Notes: generated by a model not told the origin, from the sequence alone. A DNA stretch of 63,162 bases, filler included, from Olpidium bornovanus S191 (GCA_017911155.1; 27 parts of 27 records of this genome joined end to end with filler, not necessarily neighbours in it), one strand, 5' to 3'; positions 51,433 to 63,162 are shown, counted from the whole stretch's first letter. Numbers and translations: made by a program.

Positions 51433-52858
51433 CTAACGACGATCGGCCGCTCCGGACGGGAGGAAGTGCGGTGGCGGGGCGGATGCGAAGGGCGCGGTGT
51501 GGCACAAGGGGCGCCCAAGGGGTGCGGGGGGGGGGGGCGGGGGGGGGGGAGGGGGGGGGGGGGGGGCAGGGGGGGGGGGGGGACGGGGGAGGGGGGGGGG
51601 GGGGGGGGGGGGGGGGGAGGGGGGGGGGGGGGGGGGGGGCCCCGGGGGGGGGGGGGGGGTCGCGTGCGTGTGGCACAAATGCACCCAATATACACGCGTT
51701 GCGATGGAGAGAATTGGGCCTTTCATTCCGCTTGGGCGATTTGTTTTTTGCATTCCTTTTTGCACATTGCCGCACTGCCCGGCCAGCACAGACGCAAAAA
51801 GACCGGCACTGATCTGAATATATTCTCAGCAGAAACCCCCCGTTCTCCCCGTTTGCCGACAGGAGCACATTGGTTTGGGCGTGGGCGACAGAAGCGGGTC
51901 CCCGAGGAGACCGTCGAGGGAGCTGCGCGCGACGAGGAAGCACCACAACGTGAACGGCGGGGTCTTGCCTCCACTGCGCCGCGCTCGAACAGAGCCCGGC
52001 CGGCCGAGCGAGGGAAACGCGGCGCACCGCGCCGTGTGCTCGAACGAACCTCTTCGACGGCGCCGTGCCTTTCCGGGCCGTTTGGCCGCGCGATATCCTC
52101 GGACGGGAGACACGTCCCGGACCTGCTCGACATTCCCGTCAGTCTCGCGCAAAATCCTAAAATGGATCGTGCAACAATACGAGAACATTCAATCCGTTAG
52201 CTCGTCGGCCGATGCAAAACAGGCAAAAAAAAAAGAAAGTAAGGTGAATGTAAATCCCTAAATTGGAGGTAAGCATTGGTGATGTATCCGATACGATATC
52301 GTATCATATTGCTATTACGCAATATTCACTGGATTGGTTCGAAATAATTTATGGTTCGATTTAAATCCATTTGGTTATACCTATAATTATTACAAATATT
52401 TGATGCTTACACTTAAGATTACATTTCAAACTTAAAAATAATCTGTCTACCAAAAAGAGGCCGAGACTGGCACGGAAGGTGTGAGAACTTCACTTGGCGA
52501 GTGACAAGCAAAAAATAATCGGACTCCATCGATCCCCTACAGGCACAGAGAAGTACCAGCGTTAGTTTGACATGANNNNNNNNNNNNNNNNNNNNNNNNN
52601 NNNNNNNNNNNNNNNNNNNTTAATTAATTAANNNNNNNNNNNNNNNNNNNNNNNNNNNNNNNNNNNNNNNNNNNNACCGACACGACAGCTGGATTGCTCG
52701 AAATCATCAGGTACCCTGGCGTGGTCGGAGATGGTTGGCGCACCCATCGTCGACCCTACCCAAAACCTTAGGATTGCTGCCAGCTTGACACACATGAATT
52801 CGACGTTGAGCTACTATACACCGGAGCGTACGAATTAAAGTTCCAGTATTTGACCAAC

Positions 52859-53919
52859 CATAGTGCCATAACCTCCCGGAAGAGCAACGAACGCATCAGA
52901 CTACAAACAGGGTTAGTGCGCGCAGAATTGCAATCATACATATAACGAAATCGCGGGAATACAACATACGTTCTCGTTCATTAACCTTAGGCAATTGGAA
53001 AGATCGGGGATCAGTAGTTAGAAAAAACGAACTAGCTGTACACACCTGGCCCGACTATTCACGACCCGTAAAACCTCTGATACCTTTTGCGTTCGTGCAT
53101 CTAACATTTGAAGCACGAGTGAGGCTCGATAACATTGTGGTGGGCAACGAAATCAGCAAAAGTTTCAAAGCACCCACGTCGTGAACAACAATTTCCTCCC
53201 CGTAGTGCTGACCACTGACATCTGCGCGGAATCAACGCAAGTTGTTAGAAGACTGGAAGCCGCGAAGCCGCGTGCTTAACAAAACTTACCCTTCAATGCC
53301 TGAGGGATTATACCGAGAACAGCGCCTCCGGCCTGCAAGCCGAGGAAAACCGTTATACGTTAGCGGAAAATGACACCTGCGGCAGCCGCAGCTTACAGGC
53401 GTTCGGCGTACTCGCGGGTCGAACCTCAACAATGCGAGAGGCCAGTGTGCCCATCAGCCCGAGTCCGCCGCCGCCGTACACCAGCCGCGTTTTCGTACGG
53501 ATGAACTCGTCGGCGAGATCTGAAGGACAACGAAGGGTAGGAGTCAGACGACATCCCCCGTCCGTCAATTTACGCATCGGTCTCGGAGAAAGCGGACTCG
53601 CTGTGCTGCGTACGCTCGGCGGCCTCGACAAACGCGGGGTGCGCGCCTGGAACGCGTCGGGTAACGGATTAGGGGGGCGTTAGATGCCCCGTTTCAGACA
53701 CCGGCCTAGCAAAACTGACCCGGTAAACGAAAAGACGTGGTGCGGGCCGCGTGGAAACAGAGCAGAGATGGCACCGTCAGACGTCCCCCTGCCCAAAACC
53801 GGCTTGGGTGGCCCGCCTCTCCGGTTCGCGGCGCTCACCGTCCGCCCAGCGATAAGCTCACCCTTGGACGAGCCGCAGAACACGCACACGGAGCGCATAT
53901 GGCGAACTCCGGGCGGCAT
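52859..53919 (-). CDS. LOG1: LOG (LONELY GUY) family nucleotide phosphoribohydrolase, 3' incomplete, at least 8 exons
   Basis: SVCVFCGSS, LVYGGGGLGLMG, VLGIIPQAL, MHERKRLM and SDAFVALPGGYGTM. All splice phases are consistent across the reconstructed exons. Confidence 0.93.
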
Positions 53920-54109
53920 TTTGGTCGCGCGGCGTACGTGAGTCGAATTGAGGACTTGCGGCCGCGCGTTCCCCGCGGAGTAGCTAGCTTCCTAACAGGT
54001 CTCCGTCGTTCCCGAACCGCTCGGTTGGAAATCTCGGATAGGTTACGCCTGCGCCGGTTGCGCACTCTCTCTCTTTGGGAAGGGGGGGGGGGTTGTGGTG
54101 CAACCCAAT

Positions 54110-54119
54110 GTCACGTGAC
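54110..54119. promoter_or_regulatory. Perfect palindrome GTCACGTGAC (bHLH E-box, Cbf1/CLEAR type) next to CCAAT
   Basis: Located about 190 bp upstream of the LOG start codon. Function untested. Confidence 0.35.
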
Positions 54120-54562
54120 CCACCCGCCTATTCCCCGTCCTCTAATGACTAACGCTCCTCCGACACGCACAACACCGCGAAGAGCGCCGCCAAGGCTCGA
54201 GCCGTAGCGGAGGCGAAGCAGGTACGAGAGACATTTCTTGCGGATTCTCGTAGACTTTCCTACCTGGTTTCTGGCCGTTTTTATGGCGCCGATTTCCTAA
54301 CGGTGAGTGGTACAGGCGGGGCGAGAAGGGAACGCTGCCCCCGGGGCGCAGTGCAACCATGGTCCTGCCGTACCCCCCTTCTCCCCCTTTTTTTACATTT
54401 CCACACCTCCCCATCCGCGGACGCGGCGCCGTCCCGCTTCTGCCCCCCCGCACACGCACGCACGCACGCACGCACCCGCACGGGCCCTTTCCCGAACCAA
54501 AACTCTCAAAGGGGGAAAACAAAAAGTTGGCGCGACCGGAAATAAAATAAGGGGAAGTTCGC

Positions 54563-54595
<33 letters not shown>

Positions 54596-55941
54596 GAAAG
54601 GGGGGAATCTTTTCAAAAGTCAAAAAGGACGTGGGAGAGCAGGATTCGCCTTCCCCCCCCCCCCAACCCCCTTCCATTTTTCCTTTGAGTTCTGCATACA
54701 CTCTTTCTTTCGTTCTCTCTCTCACTCTCTCTCTCTCGGGCGCGTATCAATAAACAGGGGGTAATATGCGCCCTAAAATCACGAAAAAAAAGGGCCCGCA
54801 GAATGTTACACACGGCCGGCAAATGGGATTTCGCCCGCTCCCTCCGTGCTGTATCCGCGTCTGATCTCGGAATGCGGAATATTTATCGTTCCTACAGCGC
54901 AATGTTGGTGCGTTCGCTCCGTGGCGTATGGTGACGTGTTATATACACATTTTCAGCTGCGGACTCACGTCCGGTTGCAAGTCGACGTATGAAAGCAAAA
55001 GGCCCCGAGTTGCTGTCACGTACACCGACTGGCTAACAAAACATGNNNNNNNNNNNNNNNNNNNNNNNNNNNNNNNNNNNNNNNNNNNNTTAATTAATTA
55101 ANNNNNNNNNNNNNNNNNNNNNNNNNNNNNNNNNNNNNNNNNNNNATGGGGCCACCCCAGAAACGAACGCCCCCCAGAAGCGGTCCACGCAGGGGTACAC
55201 GCGGGAGCCGGGATCCCTCATGAAAATACACCAATAAAAATGAGAATAAAATGCCGGATGCTCCTTTCTTGTGCGAGCTTATCCGAAACCTAAAACTCCT
55301 TTAAAGTTTTCCTTGAGAAGTTCCAGGATGTAAACCACGAAAAATACGAGGGTAGCCCTGGCACTGTGACAGCCATCCTTGCCCACCCGCCCTTTGCGTT
55401 ATCTGAAGATAAACCTTGCTGACGGCTTCACTCTCCGAGCTAGCCACGTCTCGCAGATTATGGTGCTGCTTGAGCCAAATTCCACTCTCTCGTGATGACA
55501 AACCAAAGCCCTGTGGTCGGCGTTGCGTTCGGTTTGTGCGGTCGAGGAGGGTCTGTGAGAATTGCGGCGGTGGGATTTCGTTGGCTCCGTGAACCCGCGT
55601 CATAGCCTACGGCAGGTACGAAAGGATATTTTCGAACCCACCACGCGGTTGGGAAAGCAGGTAACGTGCGCCGCAAGACGCCTAGCCGACGGAACTCGGG
55701 GACCTCATGCCCGGCATGCCTAGCTGCCAGAAAGTCAACGGAGGAAACCCTCCAGTTCTTTCGCCATCACCCTTCCTTAGGCATCTTCGTTGTCGACGGC
55801 AACCAGCACGGAGGGAGCGGAGGCGGCGTTCCCCAATCTGCAAACGTCGGCAAAAGCCGCCTGCCTTTTTCTGCAGTTGGGAACACCTGAGGTGCACCCC
55901 GGGATGGGAGCCGCAGGAATGGAAAAGAAGCGAGTGCTGAC

Positions 55942-56576
55942 ATGAACGAGTCAACGCCGCAGAAGCTGACAAAGATGTTGGCCTCGGTCGCATCAGGGGA
56001 AAGTGAGGCCCCCGAGGCTCTTTTTCCGGCGGAGCACGCAAATGACGAGAATTATGCGCCAGACACGCTCAAGAGGAATTTGGCGCACGTGTCCGCCTGT
56101 TTCGCTTGCGTCGGATCGGGCACTATCTACGCTTGGTACGCATTAGGTCCCTTTTCCTTCCGTTTTCGGAGGTCAAATATCCAGTGCACACTGTTCCTCA
56201 GCGCAGGGTCAATATCGTCCGGTTGGTAGGTCAGCGTACTCGACCGCGTTGTCGACGAAAGTGCACTATGACCAGGTGTGAATCCAAACGCCTCTTTGCT
56301 TCATCCTTGTTCGACTGGGTACCCTTCGAACGCGTATACTCCGTTCGCTGCAGCGCGCAAGCTCTGTTGTGGCGAGCTTCGGTGCATACGGACTTTTCCT
56401 CTTGGGAATTGTTTTTGGCCCGCTCATAGACGATTCCAGAATCGGACCCCGAAAATACGTCATCGCACCGTTTTTGCAGGAAAAACAGGCTTCCCGGTAC
56501 GTTTACGGGCCGCTTACGTGCGCAAACACCGGCATTTGCGTTTGCCTTTCCGCCGCAAACAAGGATGTGCTTTGCG
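55942..56576 (+). CDS. MFS transporter, Mch1/monocarboxylate-like, N-terminal part
   Basis: TM1 ACFACVGSGTIYAW and TM2-loop GLFLLGIVFGPLIDDSRIGPRK (MFS motif A, G-x3-D-x2-GPR). Confidence 0.7.
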
Positions 56577-56707
56577 NNNNNNNNNNNNNNNNNNNNNNNN
56601 NNNNNNNNNNNNNNNNNNNNTTAATTAATTAANNNNNNNNNNNNNNNNNNNNNNNNNNNNNNNNNNNNNNNNNNNNCCCCCCCACCCCACACCCCCCCCG
56701 CCGCGTC

Positions 56708-56746
<39 letters not shown>

Positions 56747-57076
56747 AACGGACGCGCGCGGGTTGTGGTGTCGCTTGCCTTCCTCGCGGCCCAACCGCGC
56801 CAGACCTCGAACGAAAGGAAACCACCCCCCCCCCCCCGCCCCGACCATACCGGAGAAGGAGAAGTGCGTCGGCACAACTTCCGTCCGACACGAAGCAGTT
56901 GCTGCCGACGCCCTCGCGAAACTCTCTTTGGCTTTCCTCTTCTTCGACAAACCCTCGGGTCCACAACATTTATCACCGGCGGTCAGCAGTTATTTTTACG
57001 AGACTTCGGCCTGAAAGAAAAGCCGCGGCGTGTTCCGGCTTCCCCGCGCGTTCCGCGAAGCCCGGCCCGGAGGACG

Positions 57077-57302
57077 ATGTTGCGCTGTCCGGTTCTTCTC
57101 TTCGCCGCGCTCGCTCTCCTCGGCGCCGTGCTCCCGGCGATCGCTTCGCCGCAGGCGCCGGCCGCGGCCAGCAGTTCCTCTGTCCAGGTGCGCGTTCCCA
57201 GACCCACGGCCGCGGCAGCCGCGACGGGTACGCAGCGCCCCGCCTCCGCTTCCCAGTCAAGTTCCACCGGGGCCGCGGGACCACCGTCCGCCGGTGCCCC
57301 CG

Positions 57303-57345
<43 letters not shown>

Positions 57346-57449
57346 TGCAAGCGCCGGCGCGGACGGCCACGCGCACGGTCACGCGGACGGCCATGCGCAC
57401 AGCAGCGAACACGGGCAAGCGGGCAGCGACGATCACCACGGCCCCAACG
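57077..57449 (+). CDS. First exon of a secreted or membrane protein with a (TQ)n repeat and His-rich segment (ZIP-transporter ectodomain-like)
   Basis: Signal-like MLRCPVLLFAALALLGAVLPAIA, (CAGACG)n encoding TQ, GHAHGHADGHAHSSEHGQAGSDDHHG, then donor gtgcgt at 57450. Confidence 0.65.
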
Positions 57450-57593
57450 GTGCGTGTGATTTGGAACAAACCGCCCGTGCGCCAAAACGGCGGGAAAGAG
57501 AGGGGCCTAACGTTTCGGGGCCTCGTCCGTTTTACGCCCTTATTCGCGGTCGCTCACGCGGCTCTGTTTCTTTTGGGGTCTTCTTTCTTTTTC

Positions 57594-57641
<48 letters not shown>

Positions 57642-58589
57642 TCAACCCGGCGTTCGGGGCGCCTTTTTCCCCCCCAGGGGGCAACGGGGGGAGCGCGCCG
57701 TGCCCGTCGGACTTCCGTTTTCCGCGCTCCTGGCGCTGGGCTGTTTCGGCGGCCGCGGCGGCGANNNNNNNNNNNNNNNNNNNNNNNNNNNNNNNNNNNN
57801 NNNNNNNNTTAATTAATTAANNNNNNNNNNNNNNNNNNNNNNNNNNNNNNNNNNNNNNNNNNNNCATGTTGCTCGAGCGTATCAAACCTTAGGATCTTTT
57901 AGGTTCTATCCGCCTCCGTTCGTGTCATTGGCAGGGCGATCCGTCGGCTCCTCCCTTGAGAGGGGGGCGGCAGTTAAATCGCTCGAGAGACCTGCTTGAT
58001 GCAGCGCATCTGGCCTGTACTTCTCCGCATTGTCATCAGTCCAAATTACTCCGACACAAGGACGAGGCGGAGAGGCCGCTTTTCTTCAGTCATTTGTAAT
58101 TTTTTTCGCCAGGTTCTTTTTGATTTGACGGCGACGGTAGTTAGTGCGAAGAGGATGTCACTGAGGTAGCGAGAGTGACATCGAGTCTTTCGCCGTCAAC
58201 TGTGCTGATTCTATTTTTTCCGACTGGGAGTACATAGAGACACATGGCTGGGAACCGCAACCGCGCTCAACTTCAAACCGCGTCAACGATTCGTGATGTA
58301 GATGCAAGAAGGTCACCCTGAAGTCTATTACTCGATTGGCTCTGTCTGAATTTCATGTGGCCACGAATTCTTTTTGCACGACACGTGTTCTTTTTGCGAC
58401 GCCCCTCCTCCCCCGCCAAAAACCCGCTCGCCAGGAACGGAAAAAGAAAAAAAGAGAGACGCACCGCGCACGCAGGCGGAGGAGAGAAGGACGAGGACGG
58501 ACGCAAAGAGGGGACAGAGACACCGAGAGCAGAAAGGGCAAGGCCTGGGTGGAGCGGGGGAGGCAGGGTCAGGCGTCCTCGGAAGCGTC

Positions 58590-58684
58590 ATGAGTTATCC
58601 GGACGGAAGCCAGCAAAGCCCGCCTTCGTCGGCCTCCCAGTTACAGAACCAGCGGCAGCTCGACGCCGAGTTCTCCGCCCGTGG

Positions 58685-58717
<33 letters not shown>

Positions 58718-61444
58718 GCCGACCCAGCAGTTCGCCAGCATGGGGCTCAACGCGAACGCTGCGGCGTTCGTACCGAACGCCAACGCCCCAGCGTTTGTTC
58801 CGTCCTGGCTACAGAAGCCCGCCGCGACGCCCGCCGCGACGCCCGCGTCGGCGCCTGCGCCTGCCAAGCAGTCTCCTGCCGAAGAGCCGAAGACGGTTGA
58901 GCGGCCGCCGCAGCCGGCGCCGGCTGCGGCCGCGGAGGCGAAGGAGCAGAAGAAGGAGACGGAGGAAAAGAAGGAGCAGAAGAAGGAAGAGAAGGACGGG
59001 GAGAAGCAGACGCTGAAGAAGTCCGAGAGCTCCAGCGCCATCAGCGAGTCTCAGGCGGCGGCGGCGTCCGCTGTCATTGCCGAGGTTAAGGCTGAGCTGG
59101 ACCCGGAGCTCTTTGGCGAGTTCTACAAAGAGCACCTGAACGTCGTGTTTATCGGCCACGTCGGTGAGTTTGGAGGCCACTCGAGTGAATTGCATCGGGG
59201 TCGCTCATCCGTGTGATTTCAGGTCGCGTCCCGTTCACGGCCCCGTCGTTTCCGTGAACCGACTGCTTTTTTCGCTGTTAACACGCCTGGCCGTTTGCGC
59301 GGTGCAGATGCCGGCAAGTCCACGATGGGCGGCAATATACTGTACGTTCGTACGTGCCACCAATGAAGCCCCTCCCCCGTCTGAAAGCCTTCGCCCTCAT
59401 TCCCTTCCGACGTTGCTTTTTTTAGTTACCTGACAGGTATGGTTGACAAGCGGACCATGGAGAAGTTCGAGAAGGAGGCAAAAGAAGCCGGCCGCGAATC
59501 CTGGTATTTGTCGTGGGCATTGGATGTAGACCAGAAGGAGCGCGCCAAGGTGAGACGACGGACCCCCCCCCGCTGAACGAGATGGTCCGCGACCGTGTGT
59601 CTAATCATTACTCTTTATCGATCCTTAACTACTCTGACAGGGTAAAACTGTGGAGTGCGGAAAGGCGTCCTTCGAGACCGAGAAGCGAAGATACACTATC
59701 TTGGATGCTCCCGGCCACAAGAGTTTTGTGCCCAGTATGATCTCCGGAGCATCACAAGCTGACGTCGCCGTGCTGGTATGGCAAACTTTGCCGCCGGCCC
59801 TTACCAGGTCGCACATTTGACGAACCTGGCAGTCCGAGCCTCACCGGTACGGATCACCTTTTCAGGTGGTTTCTGCGCGGAAGGGCGAGTTTGAAACCGG
59901 ATTTGACCGTGGCGGTCAGACACGGGAGCACGCGATACTTGTCAAGACTGCTGGTGTCAGCAAATTGGTGGTTGTTGTCAACAAGATGGACGATTCCACT
60001 GTGCAATGGTCTAAAGAAAGGTAAAAGAGCGAGCGTCTCACTATAAGGGACCAGCAAAATCTGTGCCGGGGCAGCAGCGTTTTGATGCCGAAACCGCGTT
60101 TGGCAGGTACGACGAGGTCTACAACAAGCTCAGTCCCTTCTTGAAGGCGACAGGTTTTAACCCGAAAACCGGTAAATCCCTCAGCGGTCCGGACAGTTTT
60201 TCGGAACACGAACACTTTGCAATTCTAACGAATTGGGCCGGGTGCAGAAGTCGTTTTCCTTCCCGTCTCCGGGTTTTCCGGCGCAAATATCAAGGACCGC
60301 GTCTCAAAAGATGTGTGCCCCTGGTTTGAGTCAGTATCACTTCTGTCAAAGCGAAAAGAGTCACAATTCCCGTTTTGCGCGTCCAAACTCATTATGTCTG
60401 CGGAACGCATGCAGGGGCCCCTCTCTTTTAGAACTTCTCGACACCATCACCGCAATTGACCGCAAAAACAACAGTCCGCTCATGATGCCGATATCTGACA
60501 AGTACAAAGAGATGGGCACCATTGTCGTCGGGAAGATCGAGTCCGGAATATTGAAGAAGAACCAGGCGGTCATGATTATGCCGACTAAGGTGAGAGTGGT
60601 GGTAGTAGTGCGCAATCTTTGTTTGTTCCGATGGGTTTGCAGCGTTCCGACTCTGACAGTCGCCGTTCGGCTGGATCCAGAAAATGTGCGAGATATCCGC
60701 ATGTTTCAACGAGCACGACGAGGAGATCCCGGGCGCCACATGCGGCGACAATATCCGACTGCGTCTGCGGGGAGTGGAAGAAGAGGCGCGTTCTCGTTTC
60801 TGTACCCGCTGTCGACGAGTATGGATCGGGATTCGTTTGCTGAACCACGTTGTCGTTTAGGAAATCATGTCCGGTTTCGTCCTCTGTAGTCCCGCCCACC
60901 CGACGCACGCGGTCACCGCGTTCGAGGCGCAGGTGGTGATCCTCGACACTAAGAACATCATCGCGGCGGGCTACCAGGCCGTCCTGCACGTCCACAACGC
61001 AGTCGAGGAGGTCACTTTCGGAGAACTCCTCCACCGCATCGACAAAAAGACGAATCGCCGTTCCAAGCGGCCCCCGCCGTTCTGCAAGCGCGGGGACAAA
61101 ATCATTGCGCGGTTCGAGTCTCAGCAGGCCATCTGCGTCGAAAGGTTCGCCGACTACCCGCAACTCGGGCGGTTCACCCTTCGCGACGAAGGTGAGCATT
61201 TTTCCAACAAATTTTCTATTTATTTGTTTATTTATTTATTTGTTTTGCGCTCGGGGAGGGGGGAGGGCGAGGCGGGGAGCTGGGGAGGGGGCCGACCAGG
61301 ACTTCCCGGTTTCCGCCCGCGTCTTTCCTTGAAAGCTAACCAGTTTCTTTTATTTTTGTTTTACTTTATTTTTCTTGCCTTCACGCGCCGTTCGCAGCAA
61401 AAACGATCGCGATCGGCAAGATCACGAAGCTCATCACCGAGTAG
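58590..61444 (+). CDS. SUP35: Translation termination factor eRF3 (Sup35/GSPT), complete, 11 exons
   Basis: [92 protein letters not shown]. Stop TAG at 61442-61444. Confidence 0.97.
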
Positions 61445-61747
61445 AATATTTTTTTCCTCAAATTCCCCCCCGCCCCCCGGCCCCTCCGCACGTTTTCGCA
61501 AAAGCACGAGCGCGTAGAGCAACGCTCATGTCCCTATTTCCTAGGTGGCTTTCTCGAGGCCCCTATTATCAAGTCTCCTCGGTTCAGTTTCCCTCATCTC
61601 CTTCTCCCCTCCCCAACGAAGGGTACTCTGCCGAGCAAGAGAGAAAANNNNNNNNNNNNNNNNNNNNNNNNNNNNNNNNNNNNNNNNNNNNTTAATTAAT
61701 TAANNNNNNNNNNNNNNNNNNNNNNNNNNNNNNNNNNNNNNNNNNNN

Positions 61748-62436
61748 ATTGAAAATACGTATTGGCCCTTTTTGCCGCTGAGCAAGTTTCCGATGCCCGC
61801 CGTGATGAACTCGGCGGCTTTGCTGTGGTACCTCCTCCACTTGATGGGCCCGTCGCGGTAGGTGCCGGTGTAGGCGCGGCCGGGCGCGGACAAGCCGAGG
61901 TTCACGATGCGGACTTTCATGTCGCCGTCGTTCGACCTTAACAGGCGGTCGGCGACGATTTCCTCTCGCAGGTCCATGTCGACGTCGACGCCGGCCAGGA
62001 CGCCGCTGGCCCTGAGGTCGACGGTCGCGTCGCCGATCCAGCTTTTCGGCAGCAGCGAGCGTCGCTCCCACATGCGCACGACGAGCGTTGCGTCGTCGGG
62101 CACGTTGCGCAGCACGATGGTGTCGTCCCACACAGCCATTTTGGTGTCGCCCTTGACGGTGTGCGAAGTGTAGATCTTGCTCCCTCCTCTCCGCGATTCG
62201 GGCAGCCGCGAGCGCTCGCGCTGCGGGATCGGTCCCAGGTACCGCGACTTCTGCGGCGGCCCGCCGGGGCCCGGCACGACCGTGCTCAGCAGGACGTCGC
62301 AATACACACGATCCATGTCGTGGTGGACGTCTTCGGCGCCCTGCAGCGTCAACCGCAGGTCGACGAGGTGGGCGAGCGCGACCTGCGCCGCGAGACCGGC
62401 GGCCAGGAAGACGGTGATCCTGGGTTGGAAACGCAT
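61748..62436 (-). CDS. C2-domain protein with N-terminal signal-peptide-like segment, 3' truncated
   Basis: MRFQPRITVFLAAGLAAQVALA followed by C2-like LRLTLQGAEDV..YCDVLL..YTSHTVK..AVWDDTIVLRNVP...LVVRMWER.....WIGDATVDL. Confidence 0.75.
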
Positions 62437-63075
62437 TGGCACGGAAAGAATGGGCAAATGACGGGAAAAAAAGGGAGAAAGATGGAAAGAAGGTGGTGGG
62501 GTTTGTGGAGATGGAAGGGGATGAGGGACGGGGAGGGAGAAAGCGGAGAAGGGCGGGCAAAAAGGGGGCTTGACGGTTCGCGTCGTCCGCCCGCCCCGGC
62601 CGCTTTTATTTTACGCGCGCCTTTCGGTTCTGTGATGTGCTTGGGGTGGTGAGCGAGCCCCTGGCGGGGAGCGGGGGAGGCGGGCGGTGCGGGACAGGGG
62701 GACGCGCGCCCGCGCGCGCCTCCCGCATGCCCCGGCGCATTCCAGTCGCTCCCCCGCGCCCCGCGCGCGCTTTGCGCTCGGGGGTGTTTCTGTTGGCCTC
62801 GGGGCGGACGCGTTTCGTTCGCGCAAGGGGCCCAAAGGGGGGTGTGGGGTGTGCGCGTTCTGCGGTTTTTTTTTTTTTTGTTTATTTTTTTTTTTTTTTT
62901 TTTGGTTTGTTTGATAATGCCGATTGATGTCCATGATAAAAATACGACCATATTGATTACCAATTGGATTTGAACGAAGCATGCAAGATTTATGAGTCGC
63001 CAGTATGAATTAAGTATAGTGAAGTATGATAGTGAAATTTTTTTTTTTTTTCCTCCGGAAGTTTCCCGAGCGTGT

Positions 63076-63144
<69 letters not shown>

Positions 63145-63162
63145 CGGGGGGGGGGGGCCCCC

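Noticed and set aside
52859-53919. Horizontal transfer of LOG from plants or bacteria
   Set aside because: The gene is intron-rich with native composition, and LOG homologues are known across fungi.
41696-57449. Apparent metabolic cluster (PLP enzyme, ALDH, DPP5, PEX11, LOG, MFS, His-rich protein)
   Set aside because: Each gene is on a separate contig joined by spacers, so there is no evidence of linkage.

Overview
This is not one contiguous locus. It is 27 short eukaryotic contigs (about 1-5 kb) joined by 26 artificial 100-bp spacers (44 N + TTAATTAATTAA + 44 N), so no gene neighbourhood across a spacer means anything. The DNA is GC-rich, intron-dense and full of homopolymers. The gene content is fungal (CreC/WDR20, DPP5, SUP35, PEX11, LOG), and a centriole gene (LRRCC1/VFL1) points to a flagellated, early-diverging fungus; this is an inference and the species cannot be fixed from the sequence. 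Recognisable complete genes are HSP10, CDC42, YJU2, POLD4 and eRF3/SUP35. Recognisable partial genes are BRR2, ARF6, KMO, UFD2, ARMH3, USP36, LRRCC1, a Cys/Met PLP enzyme, ALDH3, DPP5, CreC, PEX11 (nearly complete), LOG and an MFS transporter. Also present are a Myb-repeat protein, three secreted or surface proteins and Ty3/gypsy remnants. I found no rRNA, tRNA or CRISPR. The best leads are a gene-adjacent duplicate with C>T/CpG-biased decay (RIP/MIP-like), a FEZ/UNC-76-like coiled coil, a signal-peptide C2 protein, a Myb protein with a presequence-like N-terminus, a 42-unit acidic repeat exon, and relaxed splice signals. A strong technical signature (contigs ending at CATG, and one apparent chimera at CATG) affects interpretation. 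All family assignments come from my recall of conserved motifs, not from database searches.
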